A stretch of 63,424 nt of DNA, filler included, from Reticulomyxa filosa (Eukaryota > Protista > Foraminifera): NCBI GenBank assembly GCA_000512085.1. It is 17 parts of 17 records of this genome, joined end to end, with 100 filler letters (N's around TTAATTAATTAA, not from the genome) between each part and the next. Parts side by side here need not be neighbours in the genome. Positions count along the whole stretch, not along the records: positions 2,680 to 14,940 come from ASPP01018417.1; positions 15,041 to 20,179 come from ASPP01028442.1; positions 20,280 to 23,043 come from ASPP01009607.1; positions 23,144 to 26,510 come from ASPP01007846.1; 13 more parts are not named here. One strand, given 5' to 3'. The notes below the pieces were generated by a model, which was not told the origin of the DNA, did not search any database, and worked only from the letters and a program-made list of their open reading frames with translations. The position numbers and the translations under genes were made by a program. Shown here in pieces: positions 12,836-25,489 of this stretch. The first letter of the stretch is position 1, and each line of letters starts with the position of its first letter.

Positions 12836-13873
12836 TTATTGATATTGTTTTTGTGGGTTTAAGATCATTTGTTGATATTGAGCTTGCTTTTGCAAGTCAG
12901 TTTGTGTGAATTTTGGGAAAGGTTTTCCTTTGGGATATTGTAACCAGTTATCGACCGGATAATGGTACTGTCCGTCAACACAATGCATCATGAAGGCGTG
13001 CCTCGGATTTGTAGAGGTGTTTTGTTCGCTCCAGTGAATGACCTTGCCGTGTAAAATGATCAAGTCTCCACTTTTACATTCGACAGGGACTCCTTGACTT
13101 TTGTCGATACTGTTCAAGCTGATATTCTTGTCCCCTGCGGATTGATATTCGATCATTTGTGTCTGTTCGTCGGAAATGCGGACAAATCGTTGAAACAAAG
13201 GATACGTCTGATGTGACTTTGGTAAAACATAAATACAGCCATTTTCCACATTTGTCTCATCGACAGCAAGCCAAAAACCATAACAAGACATTGGTTCCGT
13301 AAATAAAAACGTAGAATCTTGATGGGGGGACACTTCACCTCCAATTCCTTTTTGTTTGAAAATGTACATGCTTTGCAATAGTATTGGATTCACCATACCC
13401 ACGTCATAACACAATGGCCCGACGTATCCGTACACATAACCTTTGAACAGATCGTCCAATGTATGCAGTGAATGTCCGACTTTGTTAATTCCCAACTCTT
13501 TGTTTGCATTTACTTCCTGCGCTTTCTCTTCCCAAAAGTAACATATCTTATCGCCACTGTTCAAAAAATACGTATCTTTGTATTGCTTCTCCGTTCGATG
13601 GCTTGAAAATACTGATTGCGATGTGGTTGAGTCCCATTCGTTTATTCTTTCCACTATCCTCTTTCTCAACCTTTTCGATACTACATCTGGCACAAAGTTT
13701 TCAATTTTTAAATATCCATTTGTACGCAGATGATCCTTTTCTGCTTCTGTCAGACGGGGGTTTGCTCGTGCTCCCGAAAACGACCAACTTGTCGTCCAAT
13801 ACAACATATCTGCCCATGATTTTAATCTTGGTGTTGTTCTTTTTGCCAAACTGTTATTCAATATTCCAAACAT
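12836..13873 (-). CDS. PHYHD1: Phytanoyl-CoA dioxygenase domain protein (PHYHD1-like, Fe/2OG)
   Basis: Intact intronless 345 aa ORF: YFLNSGDKICYFWEE, INKVGHSLH, QSMYIFKQKGIGGEVSPHQDSTFL (HxD), ENGC, HWSEQNTS..RHA, DNWLQ. Confidence 0.93.
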   Translation of the reverse strand: MFGILNNSLAKRTTPRLKSWADMLYWTTSWSFSGARANPRLTEAEKDHLRTNGYLKIENFVPDVVSKRLRKRIVERINEWDSTTSQSVFSSHRTEKQYKDTYFLNSGDKICYFWEEKAQEVNANKELGINKVGHSLHTLDDLFKGYVYGYVGPLCYDVGMVNPILLQSMYIFKQKGIGGEVSPHQDSTFLFTEPMSCYGFWLAVDETNVENGCIYVLPKSHQTYPLFQRFVRISDEQTQMIEYQSAGDKNISLNSIDKSQGVPVECKSGDLIILHGKVIHWSEQNTSTNPRHAFMMHCVDGQYHYPVDNWLQYPKGKPFPKFTQTDLQKQAQYQQMILNPQKQYQ

Positions 13874-16252
13874 TCCGAAATTATGCTCCTTGGATTAACT
13901 TTAAGTTTTATATACTTCTTTTCCTACCCCTTTTACTTTTTACCTTTATAAGACCAAAAAAATTACGATTTTTTATTATTACTGTTGTACTTTTGTTTAT
14001 CAGTTTTATGAGATTTACTGGCCATTATTTTAACAATAGATTTTTAAATTCTTCTGTGGAAAATTACAAAAGTCTTGAAAAAATTGTGTTAAATTCCAAT
14101 TTGCACGTACTAAGTTTTCTAATTTTAGTTTTAATCGACATTTGAATATTTCTGTCATTCTTGAAAAAAATACAGTATTAGGTAAAAATTTTTGAACTTT
14201 TTTTTTTTGAAAAATGCTTTACTCGTTATCTCTTCGTAATTCTATTTTATGATTGAAATTTCTTTTGGTTTTGCAAATTGATTGGTATATTCCTTGTTAT
14301 TGTTTATTAAACTCCTAAATTCCATGGAAACAAGTAATAAGAACAATTTGTACTCATTTTTAATGGTATGATAAGAGTTAGCATACATTTTCATGAAAGT
14401 TTCCACAAATGACTATTTCATCTTTGTATGCCACAAATTTATATCGGAAAAGCTACGTTGTCAAAGGGTATGATATTATTCTGATTTTTCTTCAAGAGAG
14501 CGAATGAAAAATGAGTTTTTTTGAATTTCATTTATATTCTTGATTAGAAAAAAGCTTGTCCTTTATCAAATACATTCACTTCATTTGAATGTGCTCTGAG
14601 TTAGTTGTTACCACAACAATCTACTTTTGATTTTGTTTCAACATTTTTTGTCATTGATTGCTTTCTTTAAGGCTTTCATCCAAGCTGTATCTCTCTTCAA
14701 TAAAACAATTTTCACTTTCACCTTTGAAAACCAAACACTTTTTTTAAAGTAAAGATAGTTTCTTGCCAATTCGCGATAACAAATATTGAATTAGCAATTG
14801 TAAAACCTCTGGATCATCGGGAAATTTACTCGTACACTGTCCTTGTATCTGAGAATGTACATATTCAAAGCATGTATTTGGCGTGTCAGTTCAATATCCA
14901 AATACAGTAGGTTGCAAAGAAAACTGAACGCCTAAAACGANNNNNNNNNNNNNNNNNNNNNNNNNNNNNNNNNNNNNNNNNNNNTTAATTAATTAANNNN
15001 NNNNNNNNNNNNNNNNNNNNNNNNNNNNNNNNNNNNNNNNTTTATCTATTTATCCTAATTGTTTTCAATGTGCGATGTGTGTATTTTTGCGGTTCAAATA
15101 AAACACAGTTTCTATTTGCAGCTTCAGTAGATAACCACTTTTCTTAACTCTTACTTTCCAAAGAAATTCCCATTCGCAAGTGCAAAGTCTAACAAAATAT
15201 TTACATCTCTTGGAACTGTAAACCAAACAACTAACACAGAGATAAGTGTCTGTGCAATTTCAACTTTGTACAAAATTTTTGTTATCTTTGGTGAGATATT
15301 TCAAAAAAAAAAAAGTATTTTTCGAAAAATTTAAAATAAGGTTGCTTGTGCCGCTGACAACCTAGAAATAACAATAATTTTGATTTTCAGTTGATTGTGG
15401 ATACAAATGGATTTGGCTGTTTAAAAGTCCAAGAATTAAAAGTGTATTGATAAATTAAACAATTATCAAAAGTGTGACAAAAAAAGATCGTATAAAAAAT
15501 ACGCACATTGGCCTGAGAGCCATTGTTAGTGCTCATGGCCATGCTTGTGAGCATTTGGATCAAAGATATTATTGGTGATTCAAAGATTTTTTGTGATGGT
15601 CGTGCACATCATCAATATTATATAATTCATAAAACGACAGATGCTATCACCCTTTTCTTTTTCGTTTGTTGCAAATCAACACATCTCCGAGGTTAAATTT
15701 CGTTACTCGTTGACACTTAAGCAAAGCTATCAATATGTGAACAGTAGCCCCTCATATGCCTCGGAACACCTAAACGCTCACTATTTCTTTCACTCACTTG
15801 TGTCACTTATTTTTTAATAATTTTCGTTTTGCCTTGAAATAATCTGCATTTGTTACAGCAAAAATTCTTCGCATAAACCATATTTTCTTGTTGAGTCTCT
15901 TAGGCGTTCGAGTCCAGACTAAGATCACTTCATGAGTTTACCATTAGAGGCAGCACGAGAAAAAAAGGCATTGTTTTTATTGTAAATACACTTTGTTTAC
16001 TTAATCAAACACCAAATTGAGTGTATTATATTTTTCTTTTTGTTGACTCCTTCTTTTGCTTGGCAGAGTGACCTGGACGAGTAGCAGAAAAATAAAAAAT
16101 TAAAAAGCATATTTTTTTGTTTTTCAGTATTTTCTGTATCAAATTATTTGCCAAAAGAAATATTGTCATAGTTAAACAGTTTTGTACTTTTGCTGAAAAG
16201 AGTTTTCTGGTATATTGTTAAAAACTCTGTGGTGAGACTGACGCTGCTGAGA

Positions 16253-18120
16253 ATGTTGGATCAGTTGAAAGCTGCCAACACGCCCATCAAAGTGCTAGTT
16301 TCAGGGATAATATTAAGCATAATAGGAGCAGTGACATATGGAGGTGTAAAAAGCTTAGAAAGCGTGAGTTTGAGCACTGTGCAAACATGGGTTGGCCAAT
16401 TTCCAAAAATGCCTTTTGAATGGATTGGCCAAGGATTATTTTTCACAGGGTTGGGAATATTTTTGCACTATTCCTATTCACGTGTTTTGACCAGCCATAA
16501 AGAAAAAGACGAGAAAGTGGAACTTCGAAGAGACGAGATGAGGAGCAGTACGTATCCCACGCAGTACCCAAATGGCTGGTATTTCTTGGTGTACAGTAAA
16601 GATATAAAAAAAGGCCAGGTGAAAAATGTCAGTGCCTTGGGTCAGCAATTTGTCGTGTTCCGAGGCGAAAGCGGTGCTGTCGGTGTTCTGGATGCATTTT
16701 GTCCTCATCTGGGTGCCAATCTGGGAGTAGGAGGTAAGGATGTAAGAGAGAAAGAGGGAGAAAAAAAAAATATTAAAAAAGAAAAAAAACACATATTTAT
16801 TTTTATGTAAAAAAAAACAAAACATTTGACTTACTAATAACCTCACTTTTTCAAGATCATTTTTTTAATGTGCCCACCACATGTGGGCAACAAATATTCC
16901 CCCTTTTTTTTTTTGAATTGTGGTGAAAAAAAAAAGAGAACATAAGTCTAAATTTTTTTTGCTATAAAAAAAAAAGGCAAGGTTTGTGGGGACCTGATTG
17001 AATGTCCGTTCCACAAATGGAAGTTCGCCACAAATGGCGAATGCAAAGCAATTCCTTATAGCGATAAGAGCATTCCAAGCAATGCAAACGCTGTTGCTTG
17101 GCCTTGTGTTGAATATCACGACATGATTTGTGTTTATTATCATTGCCAAAGAAAACCTCCATGTTATACCCTCCCCATTCACTCTGATATCAGCTCTGGT
17201 CGGTTGGTGTATCGAGGGTCCATGGACGCTGGCATTGTCCATATGCACATTCAAGAGTTTGCAGAAAATGCTGGTTGAGTTTTTGTGTATACGTACTTTT
17301 TTTTTTTTCCCTAAAGAGAAAAGTGGATCATGATTCATTCCGAAATTTATGTGAATTTTTTTATTTTTTTTTATAAAATTGTTTTTTTTAAATAGCGGAT
17401 TGGATGCATTTTGATCCTGTTCATAGTCGTATGATGATCCCATTTACTCGGTGTGATATTCCAATTATTTGGAGATGGCTTCAAATCCATCACTCGCCCG
17501 GAACGGTCTTGGGAAAAGAACCAGAAGCATCCAAATACGGTCCGAGCGATCCTCATTTTATGTACTTTTTGGATCAGGCGCATCTTAAATGGAAAGGAAA
17601 AGATATTCCAAACACAAAAGCTATGGCCGTGATCACGTTTTGCGGCCCTGCTGGTATTTGCTTTTTCCGTTTTAGCATTCCTGACATGGGCATATCGTCC
17701 TGTTCCATACCCATTTGCCGTCTGGAAATTGAAATTAAAGGTGAGGTTCCACTGGTATGCCGATAAAAAAATGCCAAGGGTATTAGTATGGTATGTTGTC
17801 GGGCTATGGATCTCCCAATGGACGAACGATATTGACATTTGGGAAAACAAGAGTTATATTTTTTTTTTTTTATTTTTTTTTCTTTTTGCCAAACGCATTA
17901 ATTAGGTGTCGTATATACGATTGACTTGTTTTTGCTTTTTTTTTTTCTCATAGTTCACTTTCGACGCCCTTGTATTGTGGCTGGTGATGGCCCTATTAAT
18001 CGAGTTCGTGGCTGGTACAAGCAGTTTTATAGTGATCCAGACAAAAAAGTCAACGAAGATTCCAAGAAAAATCAGAATAACGAAGAAAAATCTCAAGGTA
18101 CAGAACCCATTGAATGGTGA
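16253..18120 (+). CDS. nvd: Neverland/DAF-36-type Rieske cholesterol 7-desaturase (spliced)
   Basis: Exons 16253-16733, 16977-17273, 17396-17852, 17954-18120. N-terminal TMs, YPNGWY, Rieske CPHLGA...CPFH, mononuclear iron EFAENAADWMHFDPVH, DIDIWENK, DGPI...WYKQFYS. Two one-base deficits (~17688, ~17726). Confidence 0.9.
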
Positions 18121-18924
18121 GCTTAGATCCAAATGCTCGTAATAAAACTATATTTTTCTTTCTCTTTCTTATTTTATTTTTTTATTTTTTGAAAGGGACA
18201 AACTCGAAGGGATTTTTGTGTTTTTTCCGCTGGGTTTCTTTATTCACGTTGGAAATATACAATCTTCAAATAAACAATAACTTTGTCATGACGCCTTGAA
18301 ATTTGTTGTCATTATCTTGTCGGCTTTTTTAATGAGATTCTTCCTCTTTATTTCTTTATAGCGACTTTCTTAATATACAAAACAATTAATGATCATTATT
18401 TTTGTTTGTAATTTCGTTCTAATAACTTCGTTTAAAGGTTTTTCGTATTAAACGAGTTTTGAATTAAAATTTGATGTAATTTCAAAAGAAAAAAAATCAA
18501 TAAAACTAATTCTTTAAGCAATAATTGATAGTTTTTCTTCACCCCAAAAGACGTTATTTTTTAAGGTGCAGAAATTGTTTGAAAATTATTCAACTAAAAG
18601 ATAAACAATATAGTAAGTGCAATGTTGTTTGTCAAATTGCTTAGTATAAAAGTTAGTTATGTATTTCATAAAAAATTAACTTTGTGTTCCGAGTTATTCT
18701 TAATATAAAGCGTGCTAGAAATGCTTTGAAATGATTTTTTTAACAAAATATAAATTGAAGACGGGCTTGAAAAGAAAATTTTGTATGTTTGTATAAACAA
18801 AAGATGAAGACTATCTATTTTCTTGCTCAACAAATGATTCTACGGCAGTAAGAATCTCAAAGCTTCTTTTCAAATTTAATTTTATGAGTTGAACACAGAA
18901 TAATAAAAATGTTAACAAGCTTTT

Positions 18925-20179
18925 ATTGGGTGTTCAGGTTCATCTGAGACGAATACAGATAGTGCAGTGAGTAAATCTATACAAAAGCAATACCAAGCGC
19001 AAGCGAGAAGCACAAAAGATGAAAAGAAGTTGTTACTACTTGGGACAGGTAGAGAGGAGGGGGGAATATTGTATGAAGTTGTCTGGGCCTATTTGAAATG
19101 TGTAATCTCCCAATCAACAACAACAACAACAAAAAGCAACATAAAGAATGAATGGAAAGGGAAAGGATATGGAACAAAAAACACAGGTGCGAGTGGAAAA
19201 TCAACAATTTTCAAAAATTTGCGAAAATGGAACGAAGATACAATATGTGACCCAAAGTCAGTGATGGAAACAGCAGAATCAATTCGAAGCAACATTGTGC
19301 AATATATGGCAAAAATGTTGCTGAAATCACAAGAAATGTATGAAAGAGACATGGAAGCAAATAAAGGCTGTCAACTTCCAGACGACAGTAAGGTCATTGA
19401 ACACGCTCGTGTGGTGCTGAGTTATGCACAGCCGAATGGAGGTGATGTCACAGAAAATAAGGGTATCGATTTTGTCGAGGTGGGCAAATCGATTAGTTTC
19501 CTGTGGAAAATCTCTGCAATTCAAGAGACATTTAAACGAAGAGGTTTGGCGTTTTCCTTCCCGGATAATTTGGAATATTTTTATGATAAAAGTGAAGTAG
19601 TAATGAGCCCTGAGTACGTCCCTACTGACGAAGATATTATCAAAGCACGTGTTCGTACTACTGGTGTGTTTGTGCAAAAAGATCTTTTTTTTTTTGACCT
19701 TTTCAAAAAAAAAAATCGATTGGATTGGTTCATTTACAAATATAAATCAGGTGTTGTTAACTATTCATATACGAACAAGGACGGAACATTTCATATCACG
19801 GATGTTGGTGGTCAAAGGAGTGAACGCAAGAAATGGATTCATCAATTTGAAGATGTAGCTGCGGTCATATTTCTCATGGCTCTCAATCATTATAACGCCG
19901 TGTTATACGAGGACGAACAAAAAAATGCAATGCATGAAGCTGTTGACTTATTTGTGGAATTGGCCAATTCCAAATTTCTCAGAAACTCTGGTCTTGATTT
20001 TTTATTTGTTTGTTTGTTTAAAAAAGAAAAAATGCTTGCAAAAAACAGTCACAATATTAATCAAAACATACACGCAATGACACAGAATTAATATTATTTA
20101 TGAACAAAAAAGATTTGTTCATTGAATCATTGAAAACTGTTCCTTTGAGTGTTTGCTTTACGAAAGCTGCTGGATGGTA
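18925..20179 (+). CDS. Heterotrimeric G protein alpha subunit (3' truncated, spliced)
   Basis: Exons 18925-19048, 19187-19663, 19751-19990, 20086-end. LLLLGTGASGKST, ARVRTTG, DVGGQRSERKKW, ILFMNKKD. N-terminus (M)GCSGS begins at ATT. Confidence 0.95.
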
Positions 20180-20289
20180 NNNNNNNNNNNNNNNNNNNNN
20201 NNNNNNNNNNNNNNNNNNNNNNNTTAATTAATTAANNNNNNNNNNNNNNNNNNNNNNNNNNNNNNNNNNNNNNNNNNNNTACAGTTTGG

Positions 20290-20890
20290 TTAAATTTTTT
20301 TTTGCATTGGATACTGCTTGTGTATTTCTCTGGCATTGAACAATTTCTCTTGCCATTGTTTTATCATTGACAATTTTGGAGACTTGTTTGATGACCCATT
20401 CCAAACTTTTATTTATATTTTTTGGAATGACTTGACAAAGTATTTCTACAAAATAACTTCCATTGTTTTCTTTTCCTCCATAATGACTGGCTTTCCTGGA
20501 GTGTTTGCAAATATGGTAAATACATCTGCATCATGATTATACCATATTTTTTTTTTTATTGAGTTCATTTGATCTATTTTGATGATCAATTTTCTTTTGA
20601 TTGGGTTCTTCTTGTCCTCTGCATGCAATTTTAATAAATATTTTTGGTTTTCCAATAAAATAGTCAGTTTGAATGATAAATTGACCAACCTGGTTTTTAT
20701 GTTGATGCTCAGGACAATTGAGTTCGACTGGATTATTTGCAATTTGTTTGCAAATGAGACAAACAAATTCACTAATGTCTTCAAGCTGGTTTGGTTGCAA
20801 GACCCAGTTTTTATTGAAACATGATTGACTTAAAGAAGAGAAAATCATTCCAATTCCTTCTTGCTTTCCTTTTTCTTTGCAATCTGCCAT
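20290..20890 (-). pseudogene. Truncated RING/TRAF-like zinc finger joined to caspase-like (C14) peptidase C-terminal part
   Basis: [19 protein letters not shown] followed directly by [15 protein letters not shown] (cf. caspase GKPKLFFIQACRG) and, after a frameshift, DADVFTIFANTPG (p10-like). His-containing half missing; in-frame stop. Confidence 0.6.
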
Positions 20891-21578
20891 GTATTTCAAA
20901 ATGTATTGATATTTGAAAAATTGGTCTTTTTTTTTTTTTTTTGAGCTCCAAGGATTTAACCTCAAGTTTAAAATCCACAGTTGAATAATTAAGTATGGTT
21001 ATTGACAAATGAACGTTCATTGATTTGACATACTCCAAATATTGGAGTCATTAGCTTCTCTTTACTAATTTACCTGTTAATTTAAATAGGGAAGGAAAAA
21101 AAAATAGTGGGAGTGATTGGAATGCATATCCCCTCTTCTCTGCGATAATATTTCCTTGAACCCTGTTGTCAACAAGTTGCGCTTTTCTATACTCTGCTCC
21201 ATTGAGGCAAGAATTTGCAGCCAATTGTCAAATGGAGTCAGTAAAAACCATATTTGGTCGAGTCTTAAAAGGAAGGAAGTTGTTTAAAAGTGTATCCACT
21301 GCACGTTTCAAAAGATACTCTACTTGGAGTTGAATAATTTTTTTTTTTTTTTTTTGGCGTCTTTTTACGTCCAAATTGGAATCGTAGTACAGACAAAAAA
21401 AGAATAAGTTGAAACAACTCATAAAAAAAAGTGTCTTATCTTGTCACAACAATACAAAAGTTACTTGAACAAGACTTTGACGCACAAAAAAAAAAAAAAA
21501 ACATACAGACACAAAAACCCAGAAAGAGAGGGAAAAAAAAAAATCAATCAAAGTACATATGCACATCACACCATTTTT

Positions 21579-23000
21579 TTAGATCTGGCACTCATCCATC
21601 CTGGAGCCATACGTTTTATTGGCATTGCAATTGTAAGTAAAGTTGTAATGTTGGAAACGAGAGCGCAAATCAGGGAGAACCGTGGCCATAAAGTTCTTCA
21701 AATCATAAAGGTTGTTTTGTTGGACCAATTTGGTCAATTGCAATCGGAATTGTTTCCAATCCTCATCATTGGCAAAGTACGCTTGCAAAATAGGTTTTTT
21801 GGCATTCAAAATACGAGTGGCGTGATCCAAAATTCTTCTGCCCTTGTCTTCCGGTTTCAGAGAATAAATTGTACTTGTCGTGGCGGTCGTCAAATGGGCG
21901 TACTTGTTCAACATTTGTTCAAGTGCTTGGGTATTGTTTGTTCGAACCGCATTGTACAAAGGAACACGATCCTTTTCTTGGTCCTCTTCAATTGTTTTTT
22001 CATAGTACGTATAATCAAAACGAGCCAATAACTGAGCGGCACGTCCGCGCACTGTTTGCGAAGCGACGTCACGTGCATGCAATGTCTTTCGAATGACATC
22101 GACATTGAAAGCGCCCATCACCTTTTGACTGTTCATGCAATGCCATCCACGCCGACGTACACAGCGTCTGGAATCTGTTGCACCTCGATACCGGCACTAA
22201 TGTAGGTAATCAAGCCTTGTTCATGGGCTTTATGAACCAAAGACAGCAACTCTTCAAATGACAGCAATCCAATAATGGGATCACTTGGCACTTTGTTGCT
22301 TGCACCATCCCACGTCACCTTGTCAAAGCCACCTTCTTTTGTAATATTGATCGCCAAAAACCCGAGTGCCATTTTGTCACTCACCACTTTTCCCGTCGAC
22401 TCGATTGTAATGTCGGTAAGCAAGTTGAATGCCGCACTCAAGTATTGTCGCTCCTCGTCCCGAATGACATTGGCCGTCACTGCGCGCATAAATTGAATGC
22501 TCTGTTCATACGACATTTTTTCAATGGCAATCTTGGCATCGCAAATGCCATACGAAAACATCGCCGAGCAAGCCGACGACGTGTAGTGAGCCGTCTTCAA
22601 CAAGTCATAGTCGAACAATGGAACTTTCTTTCCTTGAAATTGTAAAGTTGAGCCAAGTCCTCCGTGTATCCCAATCCTTCAAACACTGGTCTTCCAATGT
22701 AACACACGACGTCGGTGCAAACGACCCCACATGCAGTCTGACTTGCGACGCATACACCAATGCTGGCAAGCGATACGCATCAGTCAATCGTTTGTCTTCG
22801 ACTGCGTCTCGATCAATGTATTCAATATGAACCGTGGCGCCTTTCATCAGCGAATGGATCCTTTGTGATAATTTCAAGATGTCCTGGACCAGGATCGGTC
22901 ACAAAAATATACGTTTGATCGTCCTTAAAGCCGGGCACAATCCAAGTGACCGGAGCATCCACAGGGCCGCGGATTTCGACTTTGACATTGTTACCTTCAT
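21579..23000 (-). CDS. Uncharacterised TIM-barrel protein, distantly MfnB/DUF556-like; intronless, frameshifted
   Basis: Joined frames give GGFDKVTWDGASNKVPSDPIIGLLSFEELLSLVHKAHEQGLITYISAGI...GVDGI. Several frameshifts (~22825, 22770, 22634, 22136). More GC-rich than flanks. Confidence 0.55.
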
Positions 23001-23002
23001 CC

Positions 23003-23043
23003 GAAGAAGAAGAAGAAGAAGAAGAAGAAGAAGAAGAAGAAGA
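23003..23043 (+). repeat. (GAA)n microsatellite at contig end
   Basis: Direct reading; runs into the linker. Confidence 0.95.
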
Positions 23044-23143
23044 NNNNNNNNNNNNNNNNNNNNNNNNNNNNNNNNNNNNNNNNNNNNTTAATTAATTAAN
23101 NNNNNNNNNNNNNNNNNNNNNNNNNNNNNNNNNNNNNNNNNNN

Positions 23144-24097
23144 TATTATTATTATTGCTATTACTATTAGTTGTAGTGTTCATTTCTTGATTAAAACTAC
23201 TCCTAGGACAGGGGCTGGGACTGCGACTCGCACTTCGACTTCGGCTAAAACTCGGACTAGGACTGCGGCTGTGGCTATGAATAAGGGTATAATTGTAAGT
23301 ATGGGCGACATTAGACATCGTGCTTCCATTTGTATGTACATTGCCATAATTCGACTCATTGTTGTTATAACCAGTTGTCGATGTCAATAGTTTTGGTCTT
23401 CCCCCCTTTTTCCAAACGCCACCCAAAAAAAAAAAAAAAAAAAAAATGCGTATATGATATAATACGTGTGCATAAGATTTATATTTTTTTTTTTTTTTTT
23501 TTTTTGCTTTCAAAAAAATATTTATTAAAAAAAAAAATTAAGCACATTCGGAAGGAAAAAAAAAAAAACATGCAACTTTTTTTGTTGTTATCGTCGTCAT
23601 TTGCAAGAGTACATTCACAAGAGTACATATATTTTTCTTTTTATCACTTTTTTTATTGTGTGTACTTTCTGCATTGAGAAAAAAAAAAAAAAAAGATACA
23701 AGTACGTATCCTTCTCCTCACAAGGGTACCAAACTTGACGCTCGCTGTCTGACTTTCGGTAGACAACACTTTGCTCATTAATGCCACCATTGTTCAATGA
23801 TAGTGATGGAGAGGAGGTGTTGGCCATATGAGTGTAATGCTGACGCTTGGTTGCTGATTTTGGCGATTGGAGAGTGTTATTCATATCGCCCGATTTTTGA
23901 ACGATCAAGGATGAACGGCCATAGACGCTTGAATTCACAAACTGTGGTCGCTCCATTCCTAATGTCGTTGGTTGCTCGGATATTGAATGTCTACTCTGTT
24001 GACTGTACAACTTGTTCCTATCAGATATATCAATAGTCTGCGAAGAATCGATTGTTTGCTTGCTTGGTATTTGCTGATTTGGTGAATAAATAGACAT
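23144..24097 (-). CDS. Low-complexity Ser/Asn/Arg-rich hypothetical protein, 5' part
   Basis: ATG at 24097, exon to ~23703, T/A-run intron, then exon from ~23402 encoding RSPSPSFSRSRSASRSPSP and poly-N. Confidence 0.5.
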
Positions 24098-25489
24098 CGC
24101 CAAATCAAATGAACTTTCTCACTTCGAACTTACAATTCTCCAAGTACTGATTATTAAATACATCCAATATCACCTAACACTTAATCGTGATAATTTTTGA
24201 AAATCACATTTGAAATGTGAATTGTTGTAGAATAGGTATCTTTCTCATAAAATTAAAATTGACAGATAAATTTTCTAAAATCATCACTTTTCAATTATTT
24301 CTATTTCTAGGTCGGTATATTAGTTTGGTCCTATTATAAATGGATGTGCTGTATGTCTTTCCTTAAATACTTTTGGTTCATATTAGCAGTTAATCGCACT
24401 TTTCGCAACCTTAGCAGTGCTACGTTATTTTCATGATATCATACCATTTGAGCCGATTTTATGTTTTAATCCGTTTTGTGGCAGCCACTTTTTGAAGTAA
24501 CAAGAAATGAACGTGTTTATACAAGAGTTCGTCGCACTACCCTTTTTCTGCTTTTTTCCTCAAGGAAAACTGAGAACAGACAAAATTCTTGACAAAGATG
24601 GTAGATTGTGTCGAAACACACCACCATAGAGTAAAAAAGACAAACAAAGATGAAGAATGCCCAGTGAATTTATTCATAAAAAGAGTTGCAGTTGGAGTCA
24701 GTGTAGATAAAACTAGTGTCCCAAATAACAGCACTAACGCTAGTTAATCTCTTAGCTGTTATGTGACTATCTGAAACAAACTAAAGAAAACATTTCTTTT
24801 TTCGGAACAAAAAAAAACAAAAGCATATGAGTCACGTAATGACTTGTGGTCGAATGACAACAACATTGGAGAAACAAAAAACTTGAAAAGGATGAAACAT
24901 TTATAACCCATTTGAATCAAATTGCGGATCGAATGAGGACCCCACACATTACTTATGCAATGCCATTGAAAAAGATAAAAAACAAATGAGTGCAAAAACG
25001 TGTCAATATTTGAACCAAACCTTTGGAATCCAAGAAGTGCGTTCCGAAAATATCTCAGAATATCTAAAAAGACTGGCTCTGAGCAACGCTCTGCCACCTA
25101 AGTGGGTGGTGTCCCCAGGGGAAGTTAGGAATTACTGTTCTTCTGTTTTAGCAAAACATTGTTGGCATCCAATCAAAAAAGAGCGAGTCATCAGAATGAT
25201 TTTTCTTTTCTTTTTGATTGGTTGTCAAAAAAAGTGTAATAAAAAAACACTTTTTAAAGTTGCGCATTTTTTGCAGCTGTTTATTGTATTTGGTGAAAAA
25301 GATAGAGAAAAGATAAAACAACAAACAAAAAACAACAACTTCACAGGAGTGGTCGAATTTTTATCCTGTTTCCAATGCTTGTTTTTGTTGGGTGCTCTGT
25401 CGTTTTACACTTTGCGTTTTACTTTTTTTCAGTCTTTTTCCTTTTTTTGCGTGTGTTCCCAACATAATGATAATGAAACTTAGTAGCGA

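Noticed and set aside
13504-14145. 213-aa hydrophobic + strand ORF
   Set aside because: Antisense to PHYHD1 and its T-rich upstream region, non-ATG start, no motifs.
14600-14930. Possible PH-domain remnant on the - strand (LVFKGESE / WMKALKKA)
   Set aside because: Too short and broken by stops and frameshifts to support a call.
7804-20890. CHAT gene and caspase-like relic as a linked cell-death cluster
   Set aside because: On different contigs separated by linkers; adjacency across spacers means nothing.
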